Source: Gemmatimonadaceae bacterium
Lineage (GTDB): Bacteria > Gemmatimonadota > Gemmatimonadetes > Gemmatimonadales > Gemmatimonadaceae
DNA length: 64,000 bases
Assembly (NCBI GenBank): GCA_035701265.1
Contig: DASSNU010000015.1
Span: forward strand, 8,393-72,392
Direction: 5' to 3'
Below the pieces are notes generated by a model that ran no database searches, was not told the origin of the DNA, and saw nothing but the letters and a program-made list of their open reading frames with translations. Made by a program: the position numbers and the translations under genes. Shown here one piece after another: positions 53,301-61,416 of the stretch (the first letter of the stretch is position 1; each line of letters opens with the position of its first letter).

Positions 53301-54176
53301 GCCGACGTCGCGATGCCCGAACCGCACGTGGCGCGACACATCATCTACGCCACGCGGCAGGACGGACATGCCGCGGCGGGCGAGGCTGCACCGGACGCCA
53401 CGCACACAGAAACGGCCGCGGTGGCGCGCGTCGCTCCGGACGCATCGCCGCAGCCGCCCGTGCTCACGCACGCGCTCCCGATCCTCCTCTATCATCGCGT
53501 GGCCGACGACGGCGCGCCGGCAACGGCCGGGTGGCGCATCACCCCCGCCGCGTTCGAGGAGCAGCTCGCATACCTGCGCGATTCAGGCTACCAGAGCGCG
53601 ACGATCGAGGAATGGCACGAGGCGGTGCGAACGCGGCGCGCGCTCCCCGGGCGCCGCGTGCTCATCACCTTCGACGACGGCCCGCGCGACTTCCTCACAC
53701 ACGCGTGGCCGCTGCTCCGCCGCTACGGATTCGGCGCGACGCTCTTTCTGGTGACGGACCTGGTGGGCGGATGGAACGAGTGGGATGCGCGCTACGGCGA
53801 GCGCGTGCCGCTCCTGTCGTGGGACGAGGTGCGGCAGCTCGCCGATGACGGCGTGGCGCTCGGCTCGCACTCGGCGCGTCACCGTGCACTGGCGGCGCTG
53901 GAGCCGCACGAGGTGGTGACGGAAGCCGCACGATCGCGCGCCGCGATCGCGCGCCACACGAGTGGCGGAGCTCCGCCGCGCGCGTTCGCCTTTCCTTACG
54001 GCGTGGAGGACGCACCCGCACGGCATCTGGTGGGCGCGGCGGGGTACGCGTACGCCTTCACGGTGCGCATGCGCCGCGCGCGTCTCACCGATCCGCTGCT
54101 GGCGCTCCCCCGCATCCTCATTGCGGGCGCGGACGACCTCGGGCGCTTCGTGACGAAGGTGGAATCGCCGGCGTGA
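50331..54176 (+). CDS. Trifunctional fusion: GT2 glycosyltransferase + long middle region + NodS-like SAM methyltransferase + NodB-type (CE4) polysaccharide deacetylase
   Basis: GT2: LVSVIIPVHDTVDTL...IVVDDGS...LLFLDADDW...NEDWDLWQR. NodS-like: EDPWSYISPYEQRKYEQTLSLLPRGRIARALELACAEGHFTVQLAP...AADIS. CE4: VLITFDDGPRDF...HSARH. The start is at ATG 50331. Confidence 0.82.
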   Translation: MLVSVIIPVHDTVDTLPDTLASLIAQRHALWEAIVVDDGSTRDVAAAVARAAPGPGDARIRVVRQERAGVSAARNRGIADARGEWLLFLDADDWIAPDALAHLVAAVEGDPSLDAVHAGWARVLPDGTHTGVRHAALEGDLFPELARYCVFVIHACLVRRAVVQRVGGFDPALRTNEDWDLWQRIARTGARFGAVPEVLALYRTRAGSASADRARLLADALTVIARGHAPDPRVAEPAPAHRAGAPRGECSDAQLTYACWPLALAIGSGADVAPLLALLRDVGATPGIDPDPMVRVFVEAVPLARGAPPSAWPDIWTDVESALGTCLDALEERTGAPELARRLHRGIETAVLDDRLCAVERVQAPDDAGKQRAPASAHDGERPDATARGAASLAAWTAVGRSAGGVLQLEHGVPDVVAPPRVEHLRVHARLGADAVGTISLPVCDGVVPARVLGDAVAAAHAWELLRLLRSRWRGEPIAAADHDTEGWGELLRDIWGLPALAMDAFYDASAAVDADTTAPECPAPDGIATVEVSEPVPAVVTDRDMLVVRVTVGGVSTGMVAVQPADGRIAPHALRVAITMAMGYELCIAAVREVLLAMGTAGDDTAGSETAHTLRGALSRSAARCEGSGMRAGQSATVPGLSGEPDARGLVQPHARGLLLERRDAMVFGTSASRWAALPARSADALRESARAAGERVAAVDAEGQTGDAPTAPAWAVYRPDVLPDAPSITTAQSAAADAAAGVLSPASAAGARSSDIAPREHAAQEAARAPWGRAYFERLFATSEDPWSYISPYEQRKYEQTLSLLPRGRIARALELACAEGHFTVQLAPRVAQLVAADISSVALERAKLASERAGLDNVRFERLDFMRDPIPGQWDLIICSEVLYFADDPAQLQRVADALARALAPGGVLLAAHANLRVDQPTDTGFDWSLPCGGETIARTLASTPGLVLERVVRTDLYRVLRLRRVPSAFTSLGRSLVRLAPGRIVQADVAMPEPHVARHIIYATRQDGHAAAGEAAPDATHTETAAVARVAPDASPQPPVLTHALPILLYHRVADDGAPATAGWRITPAAFEEQLAYLRDSGYQSATIEEWHEAVRTRRALPGRRVLITFDDGPRDFLTHAWPLLRRYGFGATLFLVTDLVGGWNEWDARYGERVPLLSWDEVRQLADDGVALGSHSARHRALAALEPHEVVTEAARSRAAIARHTSGGAPPRAFAFPYGVEDAPARHLVGAAGYAYAFTVRMRRARLTDPLLALPRILIAGADDLGRFVTKVESPA

Positions 54177-56322
54177 CGCGCGCGTCGGTCGAACGATCGA
54201 GCGCGGCCACGCGACGCGTGCTCTGCGGCGCGGCGCTCTCGCACGCGCCGGACACGCCTCCCGCGTGCCACGCCACGCTCGGCGCCGGCGAGGGTGGGAT
54301 GATTCCGGTGATGCGCGTGCCGGTCACGCGCGTGCCCGCGCCGGGGCGCAGGTCGAGCATCCCCATTCCGGCGAGGATCACGAGGTAGAGCACCGCCGCG
54401 GCGGTGACGACCATGGAGTGCGCACGGAGGAAGCGCGGCCAACGCACGCGCGGCCGCCAGGCGCGTGCGCCGAGCACGAGCAGCGCGCCGGTGAGGAGCG
54501 CGGAGAGCGGCGGCACGTAGAGCAGCACGATCATGTACGGGCGCAGCCCGAAGCCGATCTCCTGCGCCGCCGGCCAGAGAAAGGCGGGGATCATGCCGGC
54601 CACGAACACGATGTCCAGCGCCGCGATCACCGCGGCCAGTGCGATCATGGCGCGCGCGACGCGGTCGGCCGCCGGCGGCGCGCGCCGCCGCGCGACGAGC
54701 TCCACGCCTCCCCACGCCACCACCGCCGTCACGAAGAGGATCAGCAGCACGACACCGATGGCGCGAATGATGGAGCCGCGCGCGAGCTCGGGCTCCTTGT
54801 AGTAGCTGTCCACGCCGAAGATGACGCGCTGCACGTGGCCGCCGGCGTCGCGCACGAAGGCCACGCGCCCAAATCCGTCGGCGCGCTCGAACAGGTCCGG
54901 TCCGATCTCGATCAGCTCGAGCGTCCCCTCGGGGCGGCCGTACACGGTGAGCATGCCGTCGAAGTGATCCACCACATCGAGTTGCGGAGAGAGGAGCAGC
55001 GTGCCCGCGTGCTCCATGCCGCGCATAGCGTACTCGGTGCCGCGATACAGTCCGGTGTAGCGGCGCGCGCGGCGGGCGAAGTCCTTGGGGGGCGTGTGAC
55101 GCGGCGCCCACGCGGCGGGGGGATGATATCGCTCGCGGAGGGCCGTATAGAGCCGGTACTTGAGGACGTCCACCCACTCCGAGTTCGCGGCGAGAACGAC
55201 TCCCACGCCGCGGTCGGGGAGCAGGTACACGGAGCTCCCCTGCCCGGGGAGCCAGCCGTCGTGTCGCAGCCCGCGCTCCCCGCGGTAGAACTCCTCGTAG
55301 AACCCGTACGCGGCGCCGGGGAGACCGGGATACCCGGCGTGCCAGGCCTGCATCTCGCGCATGGCGGAGTCGCTCAGGATGCGCGCGGCACCGTAGCGTC
55401 CCCCCTGCAACTGCGCGATGAGAAAGTGCGAGAAGTCGGTGGCGGTGGTGAACAGTCCGCCCGCGGGAACGAGATTGAGATACGGATCGAGCGTGGGCTC
55501 CTGCCGGCCATCGCGATACAGATAGCCGCGCGCGAGCGTGCGCGTGCCCGGCGGCGGATGCGCGAACGCGCTGTGACACATGCCGAGCGGCTGCAGGATG
55601 TGTCGCGCGGCATAGTCGGCGAACGGCTCGCCGGAGACACGCTCCACGATGTAGCCAGCCAGCGCCATCCCGTGATTGGAGTAGACGTACATCTGCCCGG
55701 GCGGGCGCACGATGGGAGGGAGACTGTGCGCGAGGTACGTGCCCAGCGGCTGCACGGCGGAATCCGCGCGCGCGGCCGCGCCGATGTAGCGCGGGTCGAA
55801 GCCGGCCGTGTGCGTGAGCAGCTCGGCCATCGTCACCGGCGTGGCGAACGGATCGCGCAGGGTGAAGCCCTGCAGGTAGCGATCCACGTCCGCGTGCAGG
55901 TCCAGCGTGCCGTGCTCGGCGAGCTGCATGGCCGCGGTGGTGGTGACGAGCTTGGAGATGGATCCCACGCTGAAGAGCGTGCTGTCCGGATCCACCGGCG
56001 TGCGCGAATCGAGGTTGGCGATGCCGTAGCCGCGCGAGAGCTCGATGCGCCCGTCGCGCACAATGACGATCGCTACGCCGAGGATGTGATACGTGCTCAT
56101 CTGCGCGGTGACGAGCGAATCCACGAACGCGCGCAGGGCGGCGGTATCGGCGAGATCACCCTCGGTGGGGCGCGCCTCCCTCACGCGCGCGGGCGCGAGC
56201 ACCGTCGCGCGCGCGTCGCTGCCGGGCGCTCCGGCGCGCGAGGCCTGTTGCCGCGGAGCGGGTGACGTCCCGCTCCACGCCGCGGCGGCGAGCAGAGCGC
56301 TCAGCAGCGCGGCGCGCGCCAT
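54118..56322 (-). CDS. Serine hydrolase of the beta-lactamase/PBP (class C-like) fold with a C-terminal multi-TM region
   Basis: Signal peptide MARAALLSALLAAAAWS. The SxxK motif appears as FSVGSISKLVT, and YSNHG is a YxN-type motif. The C-terminal roughly 200 aa contain about 5 hydrophobic segments. The start abuts the glgP stop. Confidence 0.78.
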   Translation of the reverse strand: MARAALLSALLAAAAWSGTSPAPRQQASRAGAPGSDARATVLAPARVREARPTEGDLADTAALRAFVDSLVTAQMSTYHILGVAIVIVRDGRIELSRGYGIANLDSRTPVDPDSTLFSVGSISKLVTTTAAMQLAEHGTLDLHADVDRYLQGFTLRDPFATPVTMAELLTHTAGFDPRYIGAAARADSAVQPLGTYLAHSLPPIVRPPGQMYVYSNHGMALAGYIVERVSGEPFADYAARHILQPLGMCHSAFAHPPPGTRTLARGYLYRDGRQEPTLDPYLNLVPAGGLFTTATDFSHFLIAQLQGGRYGAARILSDSAMREMQAWHAGYPGLPGAAYGFYEEFYRGERGLRHDGWLPGQGSSVYLLPDRGVGVVLAANSEWVDVLKYRLYTALRERYHPPAAWAPRHTPPKDFARRARRYTGLYRGTEYAMRGMEHAGTLLLSPQLDVVDHFDGMLTVYGRPEGTLELIEIGPDLFERADGFGRVAFVRDAGGHVQRVIFGVDSYYKEPELARGSIIRAIGVVLLILFVTAVVAWGGVELVARRRAPPAADRVARAMIALAAVIAALDIVFVAGMIPAFLWPAAQEIGFGLRPYMIVLLYVPPLSALLTGALLVLGARAWRPRVRWPRFLRAHSMVVTAAAVLYLVILAGMGMLDLRPGAGTRVTGTRITGIIPPSPAPSVAWHAGGVSGACESAAPQSTRRVAALDRSTDARVTPAIPPSSRSARGRPRPQ

Positions 56323-58206
56323 TCACTCCCGCGTGCGCGAGGTGGTGCTGAGCACACCGCCGTCTTCCGCGCGCGCGGTGTCGCGCTCCGCGGGCGTGGC
56401 GGCGTTCGGCGCGGCGCCGTTGCCGCTCGCACCGTTGCCGCCGGCGCTGCCCGCCGCGTGCCCCACGCGCAGCGCCTCCTCCGCGGCCGCGCGGTGCCCC
56501 ATGTCCGACGGGAAGTACGCGTTGTGCACGTACTGCATCACCATCCGCTGCGTGTTGAAGAACGACCCGTTGAGCGCGATGGCGTAGCGCATCACCTCGG
56601 CGTACGCGAACGGCAGCCCGTAGAAGAGCGGCAGGATCACGTGCTCGAGCTTGACGTAGAGGTCGAGCGCATCCGACGACGGATCGGCGGTCGGCTGCGC
56701 GCCGCCGATCGACCATCCCGTCACTCCTTCCACGTGCCCCTCCACCCACCAGCCATCCAGCACGCTCAGACTCGGCACGCCGTTGAGCGCGGCCTTCATG
56801 CCGCTCGTGCCCGATGCCTCGAGCGGCTTCATCGGGTTGTTCAGCCAGAGATCGACGCCCGGGATGAGCGTCTGTGCGAGCGCGATGTCGTAGTTCTCCA
56901 GGTAGACCACGCGCACCCGATCGGACGTGAGCGCGTCGCGCGCTTCGAAGATCTTCCGGATGAGCGCCTTGCCTCCGGCGTCGGCGGGATGCGCCTTGCC
57001 GGAGAACACGATCTGGAGCGGCCCGGCCGCGGTCGCCTGCTGCAGCCGCTCGAGATCGCTGAAGATGAGATCGGCGCGCTTGTACGGCGTGGCGCGCCGC
57101 GCGAAGCCGATGGTCATCACCGCCGGATCGAAGCGCACGCCGGTTCGCCGCTCCACCTCCTGCACCAGCGCCTGCTTGGCCTGCACGTGCGCGGCGCGAA
57201 TCTCGTTGAGCGGGATCCCCACCGCGTAGCGGAGATACAGGTTGTCCCGCCGCCACTGCGGCATGTGCCGATCGTAGAGCGCGGCGAAGGGCGCCGACGT
57301 CCACGTGTTGGCGTGCACGCCGTTGGTGACGGAGTTCACCGGGTGCGCGGGGAACATCTCCTGCGACACCTCGCGGTGCCGCATGGCGACGCCGTTCACG
57401 TAGCGCGCGAAGCGGAGGGCGAGGTAGGTCATGTTCAGCGTGTCGCCCTCGAGCGCGCGCGACGCCTCGAGCAGCCGCGCACGGTCGTCCCCCAGCACCT
57501 GATGCACCAGCGTGGACGGGAACTTGTCGTGCCCCGCGGGGACCGGCGTGTGCGTGGTGAACACGCAGCGGTGGCGCACTGCCTCCACGTCGTGCTCGGT
57601 CACGTCACCGTGCGCGTGGCCGGCCAGCTCGCGCTCGAGCAACGTGAGCGTGAGCAGCGCGGCGTGTCCCTCGTTGATGTGATAGATGAGATTGCCGTCG
57701 TGGCCGAGCTCCTGGAGCACCGCCGCACCGCCCATGCCGAGCACGGTCTCCTGGCAGAGGCGGTAGTAGCTGTCGCCGCCGTAGAGCACATCGGTGAGCG
57801 CGCGATCCCACTCGCTGTTTTCCGGGAGCATGGTGTCGAGCAGATAGACGGGCACGGTGTGCCCGTTCAGTCCGCGCACGGTGTACCGCCACGCGCGCAC
57901 GTGCACCGTGCGTCCGGCGATCTCGATCGGCACGCGGACATCCAGCGGCTCGAGCAGCTCCTCCGGGCGCCACGCGACGGGCGATTCCGTCTGCTGACCG
58001 GCGGCATCAAGGTGCTGCTCGAAGTATCCCTTCCGGTGCAGGAGGGAGACGGCGACCATGGGGACGCCGAGGTCAGCGGCCGAGCGCAGCGTGTCGCCGG
58101 CGAGCACCCCCAGTCCGCCGCTGTAGGTGGGAAGTCGCTCCTCGAGGCAGATCTCCATCGAGAAGTAGGCAACGGTCGTACGATTGTCGTCCGGGAGGTT
58201 CAACAT
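56323..58206 (-). CDS. glgP: Alpha-glucan phosphorylase (GT35, short GlgP-type)
   Basis: VAYFSMEICLEERLPTYSGGLGVLAGDTLRSAADLGVPMVAVSLLHRKGYF, plus C-terminal EASGTSGMKAALNGVPSLSVLDGWW (the PLP-Lys region). The start is at ATG 58206. Confidence 0.9.
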   Translation of the reverse strand: MLNLPDDNRTTVAYFSMEICLEERLPTYSGGLGVLAGDTLRSAADLGVPMVAVSLLHRKGYFEQHLDAAGQQTESPVAWRPEELLEPLDVRVPIEIAGRTVHVRAWRYTVRGLNGHTVPVYLLDTMLPENSEWDRALTDVLYGGDSYYRLCQETVLGMGGAAVLQELGHDGNLIYHINEGHAALLTLTLLERELAGHAHGDVTEHDVEAVRHRCVFTTHTPVPAGHDKFPSTLVHQVLGDDRARLLEASRALEGDTLNMTYLALRFARYVNGVAMRHREVSQEMFPAHPVNSVTNGVHANTWTSAPFAALYDRHMPQWRRDNLYLRYAVGIPLNEIRAAHVQAKQALVQEVERRTGVRFDPAVMTIGFARRATPYKRADLIFSDLERLQQATAAGPLQIVFSGKAHPADAGGKALIRKIFEARDALTSDRVRVVYLENYDIALAQTLIPGVDLWLNNPMKPLEASGTSGMKAALNGVPSLSVLDGWWVEGHVEGVTGWSIGGAQPTADPSSDALDLYVKLEHVILPLFYGLPFAYAEVMRYAIALNGSFFNTQRMVMQYVHNAYFPSDMGHRAAAEEALRVGHAAGSAGGNGASGNGAAPNAATPAERDTARAEDGGVLSTTSRTRE

Positions 58207-58578
58207 GGAGGCATCCGGCGCGCGGGGAGCGCGCTGTGCGGTGCGGTGGCGACGAGACGTGGCGCGCGCATCCGCCCGCGATGGAGGCGTTCGGCAGGTG
58301 CCGGCCGGCGATCGTGGTGACACACCCGATTCGCACGTCCGGCCCGTCTACATGCATGGGTGGCGCCCCGGTGGCAGGGCGCCTGGCACTGCGATGAAGG
58401 TCGAAAGATCGTGAGCACGTGATCCCGGCGCCAGTGCCAGAGAGGAGGCCGGCGACGGCGTTACCGGCCGAAATATAGTGGGGACGCCGTGGCCCCCCGC
58501 GAGTCCGCTGCGCCTCGCCGTCCCGTACCCGCACCCTGATCGACGAGCGGACGACGGCCATGGTTGCATTGTGCGTGC

Positions 58579-61416
58579 TCAGGGGACGGGGAAAAGGAGT
58601 GCCGCCGGAAGGTGACCGAACAGGGCGTCCGCCGGGAGCGCGCCGCCGGCCGCCGTCACCGTACGCCCGCTCAGCTCGCATCGCCACGTGTCTCCCCACC
58701 CGTCAGGAAGCGGAATCGCGGTTCGGGAGAATGCCGCGGACAGGGGATCGGGGACGTGCGCGGTGAGTCGCGGGACGGCCGTGATGGCGGTGGCGCCCTC
58801 CAGGCGGCGGGCGAAGGCCAGCACGCTGGCGGCCGCTCCCCCCGCTGCGGCGAGGGGGACGTACTCCCCGCGCGCGAACAGCTCCGCGTGCGCGCGCCGC
58901 GCCTGGAGCGATCGCCAGGTGATCCACAGCTTCACGCGGCCGTCCTCCGGATGCGCGACCAGCTCGCCGACCAGCGCGCGCACGGCGTCGTCGCTCCCCT
59001 CCGCGGCCGATGCGCGTGCCTCCAGCTCGGCGAGCAGCCGCTGCCGGAGTGCGAAGTCCACCGGGCGCCGGTTGTCCGGATCCACGAGGGTGAAGCTCCA
59101 CAGCTCGTCCCCCTGGTAGAGATCGGGGACGCCGGGGGTGGTCGCATGCACGACCACGCGCGCGAGCGCGTTGCGCATGCCGGCGGGGGCGAGCTCGGAC
59201 ACCAGCGTGCTCACCTGTCGCGCGAAGGGGGTGTCGGGACGCTCGAGGAGCGCGCAGATGAAGCGGTCCACCGCGCCCTCCCACCCTTCGTTCGGGCGCC
59301 CCCAGCTCGTGTGCACCTTCGCTTCGCGCCCCGCCTTGCGCAGGTAGTCTCGCGTGCGCTGCAGGATGTCCGCGTGCTCGTGGCTGGGCAACGACGCGCC
59401 CGGCACGAGCGGCGGCCAGATGCCGATCACCGTCTGGTAGATGAGATACTCGGTGGCCGCGTCGGGGACCGTGCGGCCGGCAACGCGCGTGCGGAACGGG
59501 CGGTGCGCGCGGCGCCACGCGCTCACCTGGCGCAGCCATCGATCGGGGATCTCGCTCAACACGTCCAGCCGCGCGCGCGTGTCGGCGCTGTGCTTGGTGT
59601 CGTGCGTGGTACCGGCCAGGAGCGTGTCCGGCCAGTGGCGCGCGCGCTCATCGCACGCGGCGTGAAAGTCCGCCACCGCGTGGTGAAGGTCGCGTGCCGG
59701 GTCGCCGCCCACTTCGTTGAGCGACGCGAGCGGCACATAGCGGTAGAGCGCGGTGTCCTCGATGCCCTTGGCCGCCGCGGGGCCGCTCGTCTGCTGCACG
59801 CGCGTGACGAAGCGCAGCCGCGCATCATCGTGCGCGCGTGCCGCCTCCGCATCCGCGCGCTCGCCGTGACTCCACGATGCGCGCGGCGACTCGACGATGA
59901 GCGCGGCGAGCCACGAGATCACGCCGGGATCGATGCCGCGGCGCGCCTCCGCCTGGCGCGCGGCGTCGTGCACCACCTCCCGGTCCGCCTTGCGTGGCGC
60001 ATCGCGCGCATCGATGTACGTGCGGTAGACGGGGAGACAGGCGATGAGCGTCTCCACCGCGCGCGTGAGCGCCGCGCCGCGCGCGGCGGGTGCGCCCTGT
60101 TCGGCGGCGAGCGGCCCGAGCAGCCGGCGCAACCGGCGCACGTCAGCAAGGAGCGAGTGGGAGAGCACGAGCAGCTTGGCGCGGATGCCGATCTCGCGGA
60201 ACGACACGCGCGTGCGCGTGACGCGGCGGTACGCGCTCTCGATGCGCGCGGCACCAGCGGGGTCCACGAACACCGACTCCAGCTCGTTCAGGAACTCGTA
60301 GCCCGTGGTCCCCTGCACCGGCCATTCGCGCGGCAGCCGCTCGCGCGCGGCGAGGATCTTCTCCACCACGATCGGCATCTCCGCCGGCGCGCCCGCGCTG
60401 CGCGTGGCCGCGCGCAGCCGCTCCAGGTAGCCGCGCGGATCGGCCAGACCGTCCACGTGATCCACGCGCAACCCATCCAGCGCGCCCTCGCTCACGAAGT
60501 GGAGCACGAGCGCGTGCGTGTCGGCGAAGACGGCGGGATCTTCCATGCGCAGCGCGACGAGCTCGTTGATGTTGAAGAAGCGCCGGTAGTTCAGCTCGCG
60601 CTCCGCGCGCCGCCAGTACGCCAGGCGATATGCCTGCCGCCTGAGCAGCGCACGCAGCCGGTCCCGACCCTCGCTCCCTTCCGTGAATGTCCGCGCCGCG
60701 GCGCGTGCATCGCCCGGCACGGCGGCGCGCACCTTGTCCTCCGATTCCGGGCTCAACGGGAAGCGCCGGTCGGCGTAGGCGAGCAGCAATTCCCCGTCCT
60801 CCTCCACGATCGACAGCTCGCCGCGCGCGAGCACGCGCTCCAGCGAGTCGCCCAGCAGGGGGAGCAGGACGCGCCCGCGCAGCGGACGGCGAATGGGATC
60901 CCAGTCGATGTCGAACCACCCGGCGTACGCGGAGTGCCGGCCGCGCCGCAGCACGTCCATCCAGAACGGATTGTCGCGTCCCACCCCCATGTGGTTGGGG
61001 ACGATGTCGAGCAGCCATCCCATCCCGCGGTCGTGCAGCGCCTGGACGGCGGCGCGGAATTCGTCGCGCGCGCCGAGCGCCGGATCGAGCCGCGTGGGAT
61101 CGGCCACGTCGTAGCCGTGCGTACTGCCGCGGCGCGCCATCAAGATGGGCGAGCTGTACAGGTGCGAGATGCCGAGCCGCTCCAGATACGGCACGAGCTC
61201 GCGCACGCGCGCGAAGGGCATCTCGGCGCTCATCTGGATCCGGCAGGTGGCGCGGAGCGGGCGCGGCGGGCGTAGTGCCGGCGCGTCCGAGCTCGGCGCA
61301 TCGGAGCGCGGTGCGGCCGAACGCGGCGTGTCCGAACGCGGCGTGTCCGAACGCGGCGCGCCGGGTCGTGTATTGGGCGACGCGGCGGACGCTGCGGCGA
61401 ACGGCAGCGCGCTCAC
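58579..61416 (-). CDS. treY: Malto-oligosyltrehalose synthase
   Basis: ATCRIQMSAEMPFARVRELVPYLERLGISHLYSSPILMARRGSTHGYDVADP...LLDIVPNHMGV matches the TreY N-terminus. The only start upstream of the conserved ATxRxQ strand is GTG 61416, which overlaps the malQ stop (GTGA). That start adds a repeat-encoded extension. Confidence 0.85.
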   Translation of the reverse strand: MSALPFAAASAASPNTRPGAPRSDTPRSDTPRSAAPRSDAPSSDAPALRPPRPLRATCRIQMSAEMPFARVRELVPYLERLGISHLYSSPILMARRGSTHGYDVADPTRLDPALGARDEFRAAVQALHDRGMGWLLDIVPNHMGVGRDNPFWMDVLRRGRHSAYAGWFDIDWDPIRRPLRGRVLLPLLGDSLERVLARGELSIVEEDGELLLAYADRRFPLSPESEDKVRAAVPGDARAAARTFTEGSEGRDRLRALLRRQAYRLAYWRRAERELNYRRFFNINELVALRMEDPAVFADTHALVLHFVSEGALDGLRVDHVDGLADPRGYLERLRAATRSAGAPAEMPIVVEKILAARERLPREWPVQGTTGYEFLNELESVFVDPAGAARIESAYRRVTRTRVSFREIGIRAKLLVLSHSLLADVRRLRRLLGPLAAEQGAPAARGAALTRAVETLIACLPVYRTYIDARDAPRKADREVVHDAARQAEARRGIDPGVISWLAALIVESPRASWSHGERADAEAARAHDDARLRFVTRVQQTSGPAAAKGIEDTALYRYVPLASLNEVGGDPARDLHHAVADFHAACDERARHWPDTLLAGTTHDTKHSADTRARLDVLSEIPDRWLRQVSAWRRAHRPFRTRVAGRTVPDAATEYLIYQTVIGIWPPLVPGASLPSHEHADILQRTRDYLRKAGREAKVHTSWGRPNEGWEGAVDRFICALLERPDTPFARQVSTLVSELAPAGMRNALARVVVHATTPGVPDLYQGDELWSFTLVDPDNRRPVDFALRQRLLAELEARASAAEGSDDAVRALVGELVAHPEDGRVKLWITWRSLQARRAHAELFARGEYVPLAAAGGAAASVLAFARRLEGATAITAVPRLTAHVPDPLSAAFSRTAIPLPDGWGDTWRCELSGRTVTAAGGALPADALFGHLPAALLFPVP
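61276..61365. repeat. 15-bp tandem repeats (acgcggcgtgtccga-like, 5-6 units) at the malQ-treY junction
   Basis: Units start at 61276, 61291, 61306, 61321, 61336 and, degenerate, 61351. On the minus strand they encode PRSDT/PRSDT/PRSAA/PRSDA/PSSDA. Confidence 0.85.
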
